A DNA stretch of 59,172 nt from Minisyncoccia bacterium (GCA_038249055.1 JBBRWS010000007.1:1-59172), one strand, 5' to 3'; positions 17,412-27,883 are shown, counted from the stretch's first letter. Notes: generated by a model not told the origin, from the letters alone. Numbers and translations are program-made.

Positions 17412-17834
17412 ATGAATAATGGATTTATTTGGTCAAGTGAATACAGTGTTAATATTCCAGGAATTGATGAACAGCATAAAGAATTTTTAAATATTGTTAA
17501 TGATTTATTAAAATTGGTAGGCGATACACCATTTATAGATCAAGAAGCAGAATTTTTATGTGAAAGATTGGGTAATTATGCTTTGTATCATTTATCAACA
17601 GAAGAATATTTATTTGCTAAAACAGGGTATACAGAATCCGCTGAACATATACTTTCTCACAATTTATTCAGAGAAAAAGTAAAATATTTTGAAGATAAAA
17701 TAAAAGATAAAAATAAAGACAAGAAAGAAGTTGTAAAAGAAATGGCGGAGTTTTCAGGAGATTGGTTGATTCATCATATTCTAATAATGGATAAGAAATA
17801 TTCAAGATTATTTAATGAAAAAGGAATTTTATAA
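17412..17834 (+). CDS. Hemerythrin-like metal-binding protein
   Basis: WSSEYSVNIPGIDEQHKEF.. plus H..E and WLIHHI His motifs. Confidence 0.75.
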   Translation: MNNGFIWSSEYSVNIPGIDEQHKEFLNIVNDLLKLVGDTPFIDQEAEFLCERLGNYALYHLSTEEYLFAKTGYTESAEHILSHNLFREKVKYFEDKIKDKNKDKKEVVKEMAEFSGDWLIHHILIMDKKYSRLFNEKGIL

Positions 17835-18237
17835 CAAATAAATTAAATCATAAAATAATCTACTATTAATTAGTAGATTATTTTACTTTTTGTGAAAAAA
17901 TGATACTATAAAAAATAGTGGAATAATCTGTTCCACTACTAAGTTTCATATTGTATATTCCTATATGATACTTAGTTAATTTAGACAAAAAATACAATCA
18001 AATAAATTTTTGCAGCTATATATTAATGATTAGTGTTCAAAAAAGACTAATATCACAAATAATTAAGTAGTTAATACTGATACTGGGGAAAATCTGAATC
18101 TTACAGTAATGGAGCTATAGAAGCTTCATTTTTCAATTGTAGGTGGTAGATATATCCGTCTGATCAAGCAAAACTTTGGTATTTTATACTGAGACAATTT
18201 ATTGTGCCCAAATTTATTAATTTAATTTTTTAATTTC

Positions 18238-19872
18238 ATGATTCCAGAAAATATTAAAAGTAATCTCAAATCAGGATTAACTGTTTCTCTAATATCTATA
18301 CCATTATCAATATCTCTTGCTGTTGCCTCAGGGGTAAGCCCATTAGTAGGTATTATAACTGCTATTTGGGCAGGGATAATAGCGGCTATATTTGGAGGAA
18401 GTAACTTTAATATTATTGGACCAACTGGAGCACTTTCTGGATTAATAGCGACTTATGTTGTTTTGAATGGTATTAGTGGGTTACCAATGCTTACAATAAT
18501 TGTTGGTATTTTCATTATAGCAGCTTATCTTTTAAGATTGGAGAAATATTTAATTTTAATTCCATCAAGTGTTATTCATGGCTTTACCTTAGGAGTAGCA
18601 TTTATTATTGGTCTAGGACAGTTAAATTTTGCACTCGGTCTTCAAAATCTTGTAAAACATGAAAAGTTTTTTGATAATATATTTGAATCTATTAAAAATA
18701 TTTCACAAATCTCCTGGTTAACTTTTGGTATTTTTTTACTTTTTTTAATTGGGTTACTTTTATTTAAAAAATTTATAAAAAAAATGCCGGGAGCTATAAT
18801 TCTAGCACCACTTGGTATTTTGATTGGTTATCTTGGGGAGAAAGGTTTTATAAATATTCCACTTCAGACGCTAGGAAGTAAGTTTGGCGATATAAATTTT
18901 AGTTTTTTTGAGCTCCATAATTTTGCGTTTTCTATACCCATGATTGAAACTGCAGCCATAATAGCCATAATAGCTATTTTAGAAACTATGCTTTCTGCAA
19001 AAATAGCTGATGGTATGACAAGAACGAAACACAATGGAAGAAAGGAAATGTTGGGTCTTGGTTTAGCCAATATCGCTTCTGGTTTTGCTGGCGGAATGCC
19101 TGCAACCGCTGCACTTGCTCGTACCTCTTTAAATATTAAAACTGGAGCTAATCATAAAGCATCCGCAATCATTAGTGTTGTAAGCGTCTCGATTATTTCG
19201 CTCTTTTTATTAGGATATTTTAAATACATTCCACTCGCAGTTATTGCAGCAATTTTAGTATTTACTGCTATTCAAATGGTTGAAATGGAACATTATGAAA
19301 AACTATGGAAATATGAAAAAAATGGTTTTTATGTATCTCTTTTTGTTGCATTAATAACTATTGTTATTGATCCTATTTTTGGGATACTTCTTGGAGTGTC
19401 TATCTCTCTTTTAGTATTTGTAGATAGAATTTCTCATGGATATTTTAAATTAAAAGTTAATAAAATAGATAAAGGTATTATTGATTCTGATTCCGGTGTA
19501 AATTTGAAAGAAATGAAAGGGGATGCTGATGTTTTACTTTATTCTTTTAGTGGTAAATTATGTTATATAAATAGCCAGGCACATTTAATGCGTTTTGAAA
19601 CGAACTTGGTAAAATATAAATCTATTATTTTACGATTAAGAGAAGTTAATTTTATGGATACAGATGGAGTAGAAGCACTGGATGAAATAATAGATATTAT
19701 TGAGGGAAGAGGGCAGAAAGTTCTTCTAACTGGAATTAGTAGAAATAATCTTAATTTATTAGAACAATTATCGGATGGATATAAAAGATTAAAACAAAAG
19801 GGATTAATATTTAAAAAATCTGAACAAGCTTTAGTTTTCCTCGGTGTTCCTCTCCAAGATAAAGAACAATAA
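18238..19872 (+). CDS. SulP-family inorganic anion transporter with C-terminal STAS domain
   Basis: Polytopic N-terminal domain (GGSNFNIIGPTGALS) and STAS-like tail. Confidence 0.85.
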   Translation: MIPENIKSNLKSGLTVSLISIPLSISLAVASGVSPLVGIITAIWAGIIAAIFGGSNFNIIGPTGALSGLIATYVVLNGISGLPMLTIIVGIFIIAAYLLRLEKYLILIPSSVIHGFTLGVAFIIGLGQLNFALGLQNLVKHEKFFDNIFESIKNISQISWLTFGIFLLFLIGLLLFKKFIKKMPGAIILAPLGILIGYLGEKGFINIPLQTLGSKFGDINFSFFELHNFAFSIPMIETAAIIAIIAILETMLSAKIADGMTRTKHNGRKEMLGLGLANIASGFAGGMPATAALARTSLNIKTGANHKASAIISVVSVSIISLFLLGYFKYIPLAVIAAILVFTAIQMVEMEHYEKLWKYEKNGFYVSLFVALITIVIDPIFGILLGVSISLLVFVDRISHGYFKLKVNKIDKGIIDSDSGVNLKEMKGDADVLLYSFSGKLCYINSQAHLMRFETNLVKYKSIILRLREVNFMDTDGVEALDEIIDIIEGRGQKVLLTGISRNNLNLLEQLSDGYKRLKQKGLIFKKSEQALVFLGVPLQDKEQ

Positions 19873-19916
19873 GACAAATTTATATATAATTATTTAGTTA
19901 CGAAATAATATTGAAA

Positions 19917-19925
19917 TGGTATAAT
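19917..19925 (+). promoter_or_regulatory. Extended -10 (tggtataat), 6 nt upstream of ATG 19932
   Basis: TGnTATAAT; spacing measured. Confidence 0.5.
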
Positions 19926-19931
19926 TACCGC

Positions 19932-21023
19932 ATGTCTTTTTTAGAAATTACTCGTGGTTGGTATGCACGTTACGAGAGGCCTATTTCGTCTCTATCGCTC
20001 GTTTTTGGGTTTGTTTTTGACGCTGTAACATTAAAAAGAGTAGACACTTTATGGGAGATTTCGTGGGTCCTATCTCATCTTGTTATTGTCGGTTTATTTA
20101 TAGTTCTCATTCATACAAAAGAAAGTGAAATTGGTGATGAAAAAAATCCAAGTAAAGCACATTTTTGGTATGTAAATATATTACAATTTTTCTTTGGAGG
20201 CATCCTCTCTACTTATTTAGTATTTTATTTCAGAAGTTCAGATATTTTTGCGACATGGCCATTTATATTTTTGCTTTGTGCTGCTTTTATTGCCAATGAG
20301 TCTTTAAAGCGTCATTATATTCGATTTAGTTTTCAAATAAGTTTATTCTTCTTATCTGTTTATTCTTTTTCAATTTTTCTAGTGCCCATAATCCTTCATA
20401 AAATTGGTATGTGGGTTTTTTTACTTTCGGGATTAATAAGTTTAATTATTATCATTTTATTTATTTATTTATTATTTTATTTTATAAAAAAAGAGTTTAC
20501 TGAGAGTAAAAAATTAATAATATTACTAATTGGAGGTATTTTTATAACTATTAATTTTTTATATTTTACTAATTTAATTCCACCGATACCACTTTCTCTA
20601 AAAGATGGGGGAGTTTATCACTCTATTCAAAAAAATAAAGATGGTAATTATGATGTAACTTATGAGGATTATGGATGGAAAGGATATTTTAAATTTTACC
20701 AAGATTTTAATAAGGTTCCTGGGTCAGCCATTTATATTTATAGTGCTATTTTTTCTCCTAAAGATCTCAATATAAAGATTGTTCATGAATGGCAATTTTA
20801 CGATAAAATGCAAAAAAAATGGATAAAAGATGCGACTATTGAATTACCTGTTGTTGGTGGAAGAGATGGGGGTTTTCGTACTTATTCAATGCGTTCAAAT
20901 TTAGCATATGGAAAATGGCAAGTAAATGTAAAAACAACAGAGGGGCAAATTATTGGACGGTTAAGATTTAATATATTATATATAGACCAAGATTTGATTC
21001 TTACTAGTGGGGTCAAAGAATAA
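19932..21023 (+). CDS. Hypothetical polytopic membrane protein (DUF2914-like C-terminal domain)
   Basis: ATG 19932 preferred over TTG 19911; C-terminal GKWQVNVKTTEGQIIGRLRFNI resembles DUF2914 (recollection). Confidence 0.5.
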   Translation: MSFLEITRGWYARYERPISSLSLVFGFVFDAVTLKRVDTLWEISWVLSHLVIVGLFIVLIHTKESEIGDEKNPSKAHFWYVNILQFFFGGILSTYLVFYFRSSDIFATWPFIFLLCAAFIANESLKRHYIRFSFQISLFFLSVYSFSIFLVPIILHKIGMWVFLLSGLISLIIIILFIYLLFYFIKKEFTESKKLIILLIGGIFITINFLYFTNLIPPIPLSLKDGGVYHSIQKNKDGNYDVTYEDYGWKGYFKFYQDFNKVPGSAIYIYSAIFSPKDLNIKIVHEWQFYDKMQKKWIKDATIELPVVGGRDGGFRTYSMRSNLAYGKWQVNVKTTEGQIIGRLRFNILYIDQDLILTSGVKE

Positions 21024-21202
21024 ATAAATCATTAATTATGAGCTTTATTAACAATAATAGTTTATAATAGAACTTGTAGTGAGATCTGTGAAGAATGGTC
21101 GTTTTAGCTGGCTTTTGATATTTACCGATAAATAATACTAACAATATTTTTATAGGTAAATTATTTAATGCAGTTTTTTATTTTTTAAATAATTATATTT
21201 AT

Positions 21203-21343
21203 ATGCTTACCAGTATTGCAGTAATTTTATTAATTCTATGGCTTCTTGGTTTTATTGGATTCCATGTTATAGGAGGATTTATTCATATACTTCTTGTAGT
21301 AGCTATTATTCTATTTTTAATTAGAGTTATTCAAGGAAGATAA
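21203..21343 (+). CDS. lmo0937-family small membrane protein (46 aa; not in ORF track)
   Basis: MLTSIAVILLILWLLGFIGFHVIGGFIHILLVVAIILFLIRVIQGR; terminator follows. Confidence 0.65.
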   Translation: MLTSIAVILLILWLLGFIGFHVIGGFIHILLVVAIILFLIRVIQGR

Positions 21344-21356
21344 TAGTTTATTTTTT

Positions 21357-21387
21357 AAAAACCACAAGAATTATTCTTGTGGTTTTT
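21357..21387. terminator. Bidirectional terminator between convergent genes
   Basis: aaaaaccacaagaat/attcttgtggttttt. Confidence 0.7.
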
Positions 21388-21400
21388 AAAATATATTTAA

Positions 21401-22210
21401 TTAAAATACATCCAATATTAAAATCAAAAGATAAATAGAGATTAAAAATGAAAAAACAAGAACAGTCCCGAATATTTTTTCTGATGGATGCTTACTTTCC
21501 TTAAAAAATAAAGAAATAAAAGAATAACGAGTAATTAATTTTTTAAACCATTTTTTACTATTTAAATATTCAATAAATTTTACACTACCAACCTTGAATG
21601 AATTTTTTAATGAATGATCTTTTTTCTTGATAAACCAATAGTATAAAGCAGTAATGAATATTACTATAAGTATCAAACTTAATCCACTAGACCAATTTTT
21701 AAATATTCTAATAATCAAACTTCCTGAGAAGTAACCTAGAAAAACATTTAATATTGCCCATAAAATACTACTTAAAATATTCCAAAAAATAAAAGGACCT
21801 TGTTTCATCCTTGATAAACCGGCAATGAAGGGGATGATAGCTCTGATAGGTCCAAAGAAACGACCCCAAAAAATACTTTTATTTCCATAACGAATAAAAA
21901 ATCTTTCTCCATGATTTAAGATATTCGCATTTAATATTTTTTTATTTTTTACCCAATCTCCACCAAAGCGTCCAAGGGAATAACTAAAAAAGTCCCCTAG
22001 GATTGCTCCAATAGAAGCAAAAAATATTATATCCCACGCATTCAAATAGTCTTGAGAAGCTAGAAATCCTCCTACAGAAATAAGAGTTGCTCCTGGTACA
22101 AACATTCCAACAAAAGGGGCTGATTCGATAAAAGCTAAAGTAAAAAATAGCCAGTTCCCGAGCCAGGCAAATTTAGTTAAAAGATTTAAAAGTAATTCTA
22201 TATCAGGCAT
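21401..22210 (-). CDS. DedA-family membrane protein with C-terminal extension
   Basis: FIESAPFVGMFVPG and GRFFGPIRAIIPFIAG DedA signatures. Confidence 0.8.
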   Translation of the reverse strand: MPDIELLLNLLTKFAWLGNWLFFTLAFIESAPFVGMFVPGATLISVGGFLASQDYLNAWDIIFFASIGAILGDFFSYSLGRFGGDWVKNKKILNANILNHGERFFIRYGNKSIFWGRFFGPIRAIIPFIAGLSRMKQGPFIFWNILSSILWAILNVFLGYFSGSLIIRIFKNWSSGLSLILIVIFITALYYWFIKKKDHSLKNSFKVGSVKFIEYLNSKKWFKKLITRYSFISLFFKESKHPSEKIFGTVLVFSFLISIYLLILILDVF

Positions 22211-22278
22211 AAGATTAATTTACCAATAAACTATATCATTTTATCCGTCATCTTTCCATTATTAAAGAGGCATATTTA

Positions 22279-22287
22279 TGTTACAAT
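22279..22287 (+). promoter_or_regulatory. Extended -10 (tgttacaat), 6 nt upstream of ATG 22294
   Basis: TGnTACAAT; spacing measured. Confidence 0.5.
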
Positions 22288-22293
22288 ATTACC

Positions 22294-23562
22294 ATGTATA
22301 TTGTTTTTACCTTATCTTTAATACCAGTTGTAATTTGGTCATTAATGGAACCAATAGGGCTCCGTTTTTCAGATTTAAATTCCATTACTACTAGCTTAGG
22401 ACAAGTTCTAGGATTGGTTGGGATGGTTCTTTTCTCTATAAATTTGATATTAGCAGGAAAGTTAAAATTTTTGGATAAATATTTTAAGGGATTAGATAAA
22501 GTTTATATAAATCACTCTAGATTAGGAGCGATTTCTTTTTCTATGTTGTTATTTCATCCATTATTTCTTGTTGTTAAATATATCACTATCTCAACACAGC
22601 AAGCGGCTATGTTTTTTGTACCATTTACAGATATGCCTGTTACCTGGGGAATAATTTCATTGTTTTTGATGATTATCCTTATTAGTTTTACTTTCTATAT
22701 TAAATTAAAATATCATATTTGGAAAATGTCTCATAAGTTTATGACTCTAGCATTCTTTTTTGCTATTATTCATACTTTATTTATATCGAGTGATGTATCA
22801 AGGAATAATTTTTTAAGATATTATATTTTGATTTTGGCTGCAATTTCTTTATTAATTATTATTCGTAAGGCAATATTTGATTACTTTATTAATATAAAAT
22901 TAAAATATAAAATTAAGAATATTTTTGAGTTAAATAAAGATATAATTGAGATAGAGATGGAGCCATTATCTGGAAAAATGAATTTTATTTCTGGGCAGTT
23001 TGCTTTTTTTAGTTTTTTTGGATTAGGTATAAGTAATGAATCTCATCCTTTTTCTATTTCATCTTATGAAAAAGAAAATAATTTAAAAATAACTGTAAAA
23101 AAATTGGGTGATTATACTAATATACTTAATAATTTAAAAATTAATGATGGTGTTTTAGTTGATGGTCCATATGGTAATTTTTCTTATAAAAAGGCAGAAA
23201 ACAAAAATCAAATTTGGATTGCAGGTGGAATAGGTGTTACTCCATTCTTAAGTATGGTAAAGAGCTTAGATTCTAATTATAATATTGATTTCTATTATGC
23301 TGTTAAAGAAGAAAAAGAAGCAGTTCATGTAAAGGACTTTGAAGAAATTTCACAAAAAAATATAAATTTTAAATTTATATTATGGGATACAACTTATAAG
23401 GGGTATATAAATAGTGGATTGATTTTAAATTTAAGTAAGAGTTTAGATAACAAAGATATTTTTCTTTGTGGTCCTCCAAAGTTTATGGAAAGTCTAAAAA
23501 ATCAGTTTATTTCTTTAGGTGTCGATATTAAAAAGATTCATTACGAAAATTTTAGTTTTTAA
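22294..23562 (+). CDS. NOX/FRE-like ferric reductase: 6-TM di-heme domain fused to FAD/NAD(P)H-binding domain
   Basis: H-x13-H (HSRLGAISFSMLLFH) and H-x12-H (HKFMTLAFFFAIIH) pairs, HPFSIS FAD motif, GGIGVTPF nucleotide motif, CGPP. Confidence 0.75.
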   Translation: MYIVFTLSLIPVVIWSLMEPIGLRFSDLNSITTSLGQVLGLVGMVLFSINLILAGKLKFLDKYFKGLDKVYINHSRLGAISFSMLLFHPLFLVVKYITISTQQAAMFFVPFTDMPVTWGIISLFLMIILISFTFYIKLKYHIWKMSHKFMTLAFFFAIIHTLFISSDVSRNNFLRYYILILAAISLLIIIRKAIFDYFINIKLKYKIKNIFELNKDIIEIEMEPLSGKMNFISGQFAFFSFFGLGISNESHPFSISSYEKENNLKITVKKLGDYTNILNNLKINDGVLVDGPYGNFSYKKAENKNQIWIAGGIGVTPFLSMVKSLDSNYNIDFYYAVKEEKEAVHVKDFEEISQKNINFKFILWDTTYKGYINSGLILNLSKSLDNKDIFLCGPPKFMESLKNQFISLGVDIKKIHYENFSF

Positions 23563-23565
23563 TAT

Positions 23566-24459
23566 ATGAAAATTTTATCTACAATCTCTTTATTTATATT
23601 TGGTGTGGTGCTTACCTCTATTCTTACCGCAGGGTTAGTTTTTTATCAAAATAATAAATTATCAAATCAGGCAAATAATCAAGTTAAAAATTCTATTAAT
23701 AATATAATTCCTGCTGGTGAATCTATTACTTTGGATATAAAAGAAATTTCAAAACATAATGTGCCATCTAATTGCTGGATAATAATTAGTGATAAAGTAT
23801 ATGATATTACGAGCTATTTTGGTTCTCACCCAGGAGGAAACAGTACCATGTCTCCTACGTGTGGTGTGGATGCTACTGTAGCTTATACCACAAGAGACCC
23901 AAATGCTAAAACAAGCAGTGGAAGTGTTCAGCATTCATCAGATGCGAAAAATTTATTAAATGATTATTATATAGGAGATTTAAATCAAATCATTGTAAAT
24001 AATAATACACAAACAAATTTAACAGAAACAACAAATTCTCAAATAGTAAAACCTCAAACAAATAATTCAATTCCAATTAAAACTAATGTTATAGTAACAC
24101 CTCCTTCAGGGAATGTAACATTAAATATGACAGAAATTTTAAAACATAATAAGTCAACTGATTGCTGGATGTTAATAAGTGGCAAAGTTTATAATATTAC
24201 TAGTTACTTTGGATCTCATCCCGGAGGTAATAGTCCAATGGCTGCTACCTGTGGAGAAGATGCTACGGCTGAATATGCAACTAAAAATCCAGGAGCAACG
24301 ACTAGCACTGGGGGGCAATCTCACTCGTCTTCAGCAGCGGCTATGTTGGGTAATTATTTTATAGGTAATTTAGATCAGGTTATAGGTCAAAAAAATATTA
24401 CTCAAACAAATTCTGTCATTGCCCCAACTTCAACAGATGATGATGAAGATGATGATTAA
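23566..24459 (+). CDS. Membrane-anchored protein with two cytochrome b5-like heme-binding domains
   Basis: Two copies of CW.IISGKVYDITSYFGSHPGG ... HS...A...L..Y.IG.L; N-terminal TM; acidic DDDEDDD tail. Confidence 0.75.
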   Translation: MKILSTISLFIFGVVLTSILTAGLVFYQNNKLSNQANNQVKNSINNIIPAGESITLDIKEISKHNVPSNCWIIISDKVYDITSYFGSHPGGNSTMSPTCGVDATVAYTTRDPNAKTSSGSVQHSSDAKNLLNDYYIGDLNQIIVNNNTQTNLTETTNSQIVKPQTNNSIPIKTNVIVTPPSGNVTLNMTEILKHNKSTDCWMLISGKVYNITSYFGSHPGGNSPMAATCGEDATAEYATKNPGATTSTGGQSHSSSAAAMLGNYFIGNLDQVIGQKNITQTNSVIAPTSTDDDEDDD

Positions 24460-24547
24460 TTATATTTAGATAAATTTTTGTGTTAGTATGTCTCTACTGA
24501 AGAATTTTATTAGTTGGGGTAATTATAATGTTTTAATTAGATAATTT

Positions 24548-25624
24548 ATGAAACTCAGTTTAATAATCCCAACATATAACGAAAAAGACAATATTAAGAA
24601 GCTTATTTTAGCACTCCTAGAAGAATTTGATAAAAATAAAATTGAAGGTGAAATAATTGTTGTTGATGATAATTCTCCAGATAAAACTGGTGAAATTGTT
24701 GAGGATTTAAAAATTCAATATACAAATATTAAAATTATTCATAGAAAAGGGAAGCTTGGTCTTTCATCCGCTGTGTTAGAAGGTTTTAATGTTGCTAGTG
24801 GTAATATCTGGGGAGTAATGGACGCAGACTTAAGCCATCCAGTTTTAAAAGTAAATGAAATGTATCAAGCAATAATGAAAGGCGCAGATATTGTTGTAGG
24901 CAGCAGGTATGTGAAGGGAGGTAAAATAGAAGGATGGAATTTGGACAGAAAATTTTTATCAAAAGGAGCTACTATTCTCGCTCGAGTTTTTACAGAAGTC
25001 ATGGATCCAATGTCTGGATTTTTCATGTTTAAGAAGGAATTTTTTAAAAATCAAGAAATAAACCCAAAAGGTTTTAAAATTTTATTAGAATTATTAGTAA
25101 AATTAGATTTTAAAAATATTGTAGAAATTCCTATTACTTTTACAAATAGAACAATGGGTAAAAGTAAGGCAGCAACAAGGGAAATTATTTTCTATTTAGA
25201 AAACTTGATTACGTACCTTCCTTATAAAAAAGAAACAATATCAGAATTTTTTAAGTTTGCTTGCGTCGGATTAATTGGAACATTTGTAAATATAATAATT
25301 TTGTATTCATTTACTGAATACTTTGGTATTTATTATATAATGTCTGCTTTTATTGCTTTTGTTGTTGCTGTAACAGTTAACTTTATTCTAAATAAAATAT
25401 GGACTTTTAGAGAGGAATTTAATCATGATTTTTTTAAAAAATATATAAGATTTTTTTCTGTTAGTTTAATCGCATTATCTATTAATATCTTTTTCCTTTA
25501 TATTTTTACCGAATTTTTTAAAGTATACTATATTATTTCACAGGTTATTGCTATCGGAGTTTCTTTAATAATAAATTTTATTGGAAATAAAATATGGACA
25601 TTTCGAAAATCATCAAAAATTTAA
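24548..25624 (+). CDS. GT2 polyprenol-phosphate glycosyltransferase (Dpm1/Ppm1-like) fused to GtrA-like TM domain
   Basis: LSLIIPTYNE, VVDDNSPD, DADLSHP motifs; C-terminal 4-TM GtrA-like with NKIWTFR twice. Confidence 0.8.
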   Translation: MKLSLIIPTYNEKDNIKKLILALLEEFDKNKIEGEIIVVDDNSPDKTGEIVEDLKIQYTNIKIIHRKGKLGLSSAVLEGFNVASGNIWGVMDADLSHPVLKVNEMYQAIMKGADIVVGSRYVKGGKIEGWNLDRKFLSKGATILARVFTEVMDPMSGFFMFKKEFFKNQEINPKGFKILLELLVKLDFKNIVEIPITFTNRTMGKSKAATREIIFYLENLITYLPYKKETISEFFKFACVGLIGTFVNIIILYSFTEYFGIYYIMSAFIAFVVAVTVNFILNKIWTFREEFNHDFFKKYIRFFSVSLIALSINIFFLYIFTEFFKVYYIISQVIAIGVSLIINFIGNKIWTFRKSSKI

Positions 25625-27081
25625 AAGACTATTGGATGAAAATAGATAAGATAGATAGATGGATTATTTTATTATTAATCTTATCTTTTTTAATCAAAGT
25701 ATCTTCTATTTTTTATTTACCGTTTAGAGGTTGGGATGAAACGGTATATTTAAATTTAGGTTATGATCTGAGTAAAAATCCATTCAGTTATTCTCTTTTA
25801 GGTAGCGGATGGAGTGATTTCATACCATCTACTGATATTATTTATGGTTGGCCAAATATTGGATTTAGAGCTCCATTATTACCTTATATTATTTCTATTT
25901 TTTACCTATTAAGATTAGATTTCTTGATCCCGTTAATTATTCCGTTAATTACAACTTTTAGTATTTTATTAATTTATAAATTAGGGAAAATACTTTTTAA
26001 TAAAAATGTTGGATTATACGCAGCCATTTTATTTTCCTTGGTCCCAATTCATATATATTCAAGTGGAAGAATTTGGACTGATGCTTTTGTTGTATTTTTT
26101 ATTTTATTGACCTTCATTAGTTTTTGGAAAGGTTATGAAAATAAAAATAATAATTACAAGGTATTATTTGGTTTATTTTTAGCATTATCATTACTTGCTA
26201 GATATACTACATTATGGATAGCTCCGGTATTTCTTTTATATTTTATTATTAGAGATAAATCTTTTAAATTTTTACAAGATAAATATTTATGGTATGCAGT
26301 TTTGGTTTTCTTTTTGACTTTAATTCCTTGGTTTATTTATGGGTTCGTATTTTATAGTAATCCGCTTGGTGGATTTATTCATGGGTTTAAAGCGTCAGGT
26401 TACTGGGGAGGGGTACAGTCATGGAATTATTTCTTTGAAAATTCTTGGCGTATTTTTTCAATAACAGGAGTCTTTTTTGTCATATCGTTATTTTTTGTTT
26501 TCTTTAAAAAATTATTCTTAAAGAAAGAAGTATATATACTTTTAATTTGGATTATTTTCTTTTCTACTATCGTAATGCTGATGCCTCATAAAGAGGATAG
26601 ATTTATAATGCCCATAGTACCTGTCGTTTGTTTAATTTCTGGTTTATTTATAAGTAAACTTAACAAATGGAGAAATTTATTATTAGGAATAGTTGGTATT
26701 ATTTTAGTTTTTTCTTTATGGAATTCAAATAAGATTGAGTTAAAAAATTCAAATGATTTAACATTAGCTTGTTTTTCTGAAGGAACTAAATTTTTAGCTA
26801 GTAATTCTATTTCAAAAAATTCCTTAATTATAACAAACCAAGATCCTATTGCTCATTACTATACAAAAAAAGATATATTAATTTATCCGAGTCCTTGGAA
26901 TTTGTGTTCAATTGAAAATGTCATTGGTTATGAAAATGTAAATAGAGATGTTTATATATTCTTTGCAAATTATGATATGCTCATGGAAAGTAGTATAAAA
27001 AATGATTTAGATAGTAATCTAAAAAAAGTTTTTGAGTGTTCAAAAGAATATGGATATTCTGCTATTTATAAATATAATTAG
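25594..27081 (+). CDS. GT39/GT83-like (PMT/ArnT-type) polytopic glycosyltransferase
   Basis: Many TMs, first loop RGWDETVY (DE-like motif); alternative start ATG 25636 removes the 31-nt overlap. Confidence 0.65.
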   Translation: MDISKIIKNLKDYWMKIDKIDRWIILLLILSFLIKVSSIFYLPFRGWDETVYLNLGYDLSKNPFSYSLLGSGWSDFIPSTDIIYGWPNIGFRAPLLPYIISIFYLLRLDFLIPLIIPLITTFSILLIYKLGKILFNKNVGLYAAILFSLVPIHIYSSGRIWTDAFVVFFILLTFISFWKGYENKNNNYKVLFGLFLALSLLARYTTLWIAPVFLLYFIIRDKSFKFLQDKYLWYAVLVFFLTLIPWFIYGFVFYSNPLGGFIHGFKASGYWGGVQSWNYFFENSWRIFSITGVFFVISLFFVFFKKLFLKKEVYILLIWIIFFSTIVMLMPHKEDRFIMPIVPVVCLISGLFISKLNKWRNLLLGIVGIILVFSLWNSNKIELKNSNDLTLACFSEGTKFLASNSISKNSLIITNQDPIAHYYTKKDILIYPSPWNLCSIENVIGYENVNRDVYIFFANYDMLMESSIKNDLDSNLKKVFECSKEYGYSAIYKYN

Positions 27082-27101
27082 TTTTTAAATTGTAAAAATT
27101 T

Positions 27102-27788
27102 ATGTCACATCAAGGTAATACATGGGAAAAAGAATATAGAAATCCATTACTTGTAACAAAAAATGAAGGTCCACAAGCTGACACTTTGCGTTTTTTAAAG
27201 TTTCTTAAAAAAGAAGAAAAATATAGAGTAGAAGATAAAGTGATATTAGATCTCGGGTGTGGAACAGGTAGAAATTCTAATTATTTAGCTGAAAGAGATA
27301 ATAAAGTAATAGGTATAGAAATTTCTAAAACGGCTTTAAATTTAGCTAAAGAAAGAGCTAAAAACTTAGGAGTAGAGGTGGATTATAGATTGGGAGACAT
27401 TGGTGAAAAATATATCATAGATGATAATTCTGTTGATGTTGTTTTAGATATTACATCATCAAATTCTTTGAACGAAAATGGAAGGGAAATTTATTTAAAT
27501 GAAGTTAATAGAGTTTTAAAAAAAGGAGGATATTTTTTTGTCAGAGCATTGGCAAAAGATGGGAATAAAAATGTTAAAAATTTATTAAAGAGTAGTCCAG
27601 GTAGAGAATATGATACATATATAATAAAAGAGATAGGATTAACTGAGAGAGTTTTTTCTCGTGATGACTTTATAAAAATATATAGTAAATATTTTAAAAT
27701 TATAAATTTAGAGAAGAAAACCAGCTATACAACATTTAATAATCGTATATATAAGCGTGATTATTGGCTCGCTTACATGAGCAAATAG
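27102..27788 (+). CDS. Class I SAM-dependent methyltransferase
   Basis: ILDLGCGTGRNSNYLA motif I, VIGIEIS. Confidence 0.75.
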   Translation: MSHQGNTWEKEYRNPLLVTKNEGPQADTLRFLKFLKKEEKYRVEDKVILDLGCGTGRNSNYLAERDNKVIGIEISKTALNLAKERAKNLGVEVDYRLGDIGEKYIIDDNSVDVVLDITSSNSLNENGREIYLNEVNRVLKKGGYFFVRALAKDGNKNVKNLLKSSPGREYDTYIIKEIGLTERVFSRDDFIKIYSKYFKIINLEKKTSYTTFNNRIYKRDYWLAYMSK

Positions 27789-27868
27789 ATCTCTAAATTT
27801 GTACAAATTTTAATCTGTATATTTTATATGAATATAAGATAATAAAATATTGGGGTGGGATAAAATAG

Positions 27869-27877
27869 TGATATAAT
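27869..27877 (+). promoter_or_regulatory. Extended -10 (tgatataat), 6 nt upstream of ATG 27884
   Basis: TGnTATAAT; spacing measured. Confidence 0.5.
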
Positions 27878-27883
27878 AGAAAG

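Noticed and set aside
17835-18237. 400-nt spacer upstream of the SulP transporter examined for a riboswitch
   Set aside because: I could not recognise any conserved riboswitch core (no ykkC/guanidine, NiCo, fluoride or other familiar motifs), and it shows only weak local hairpins.
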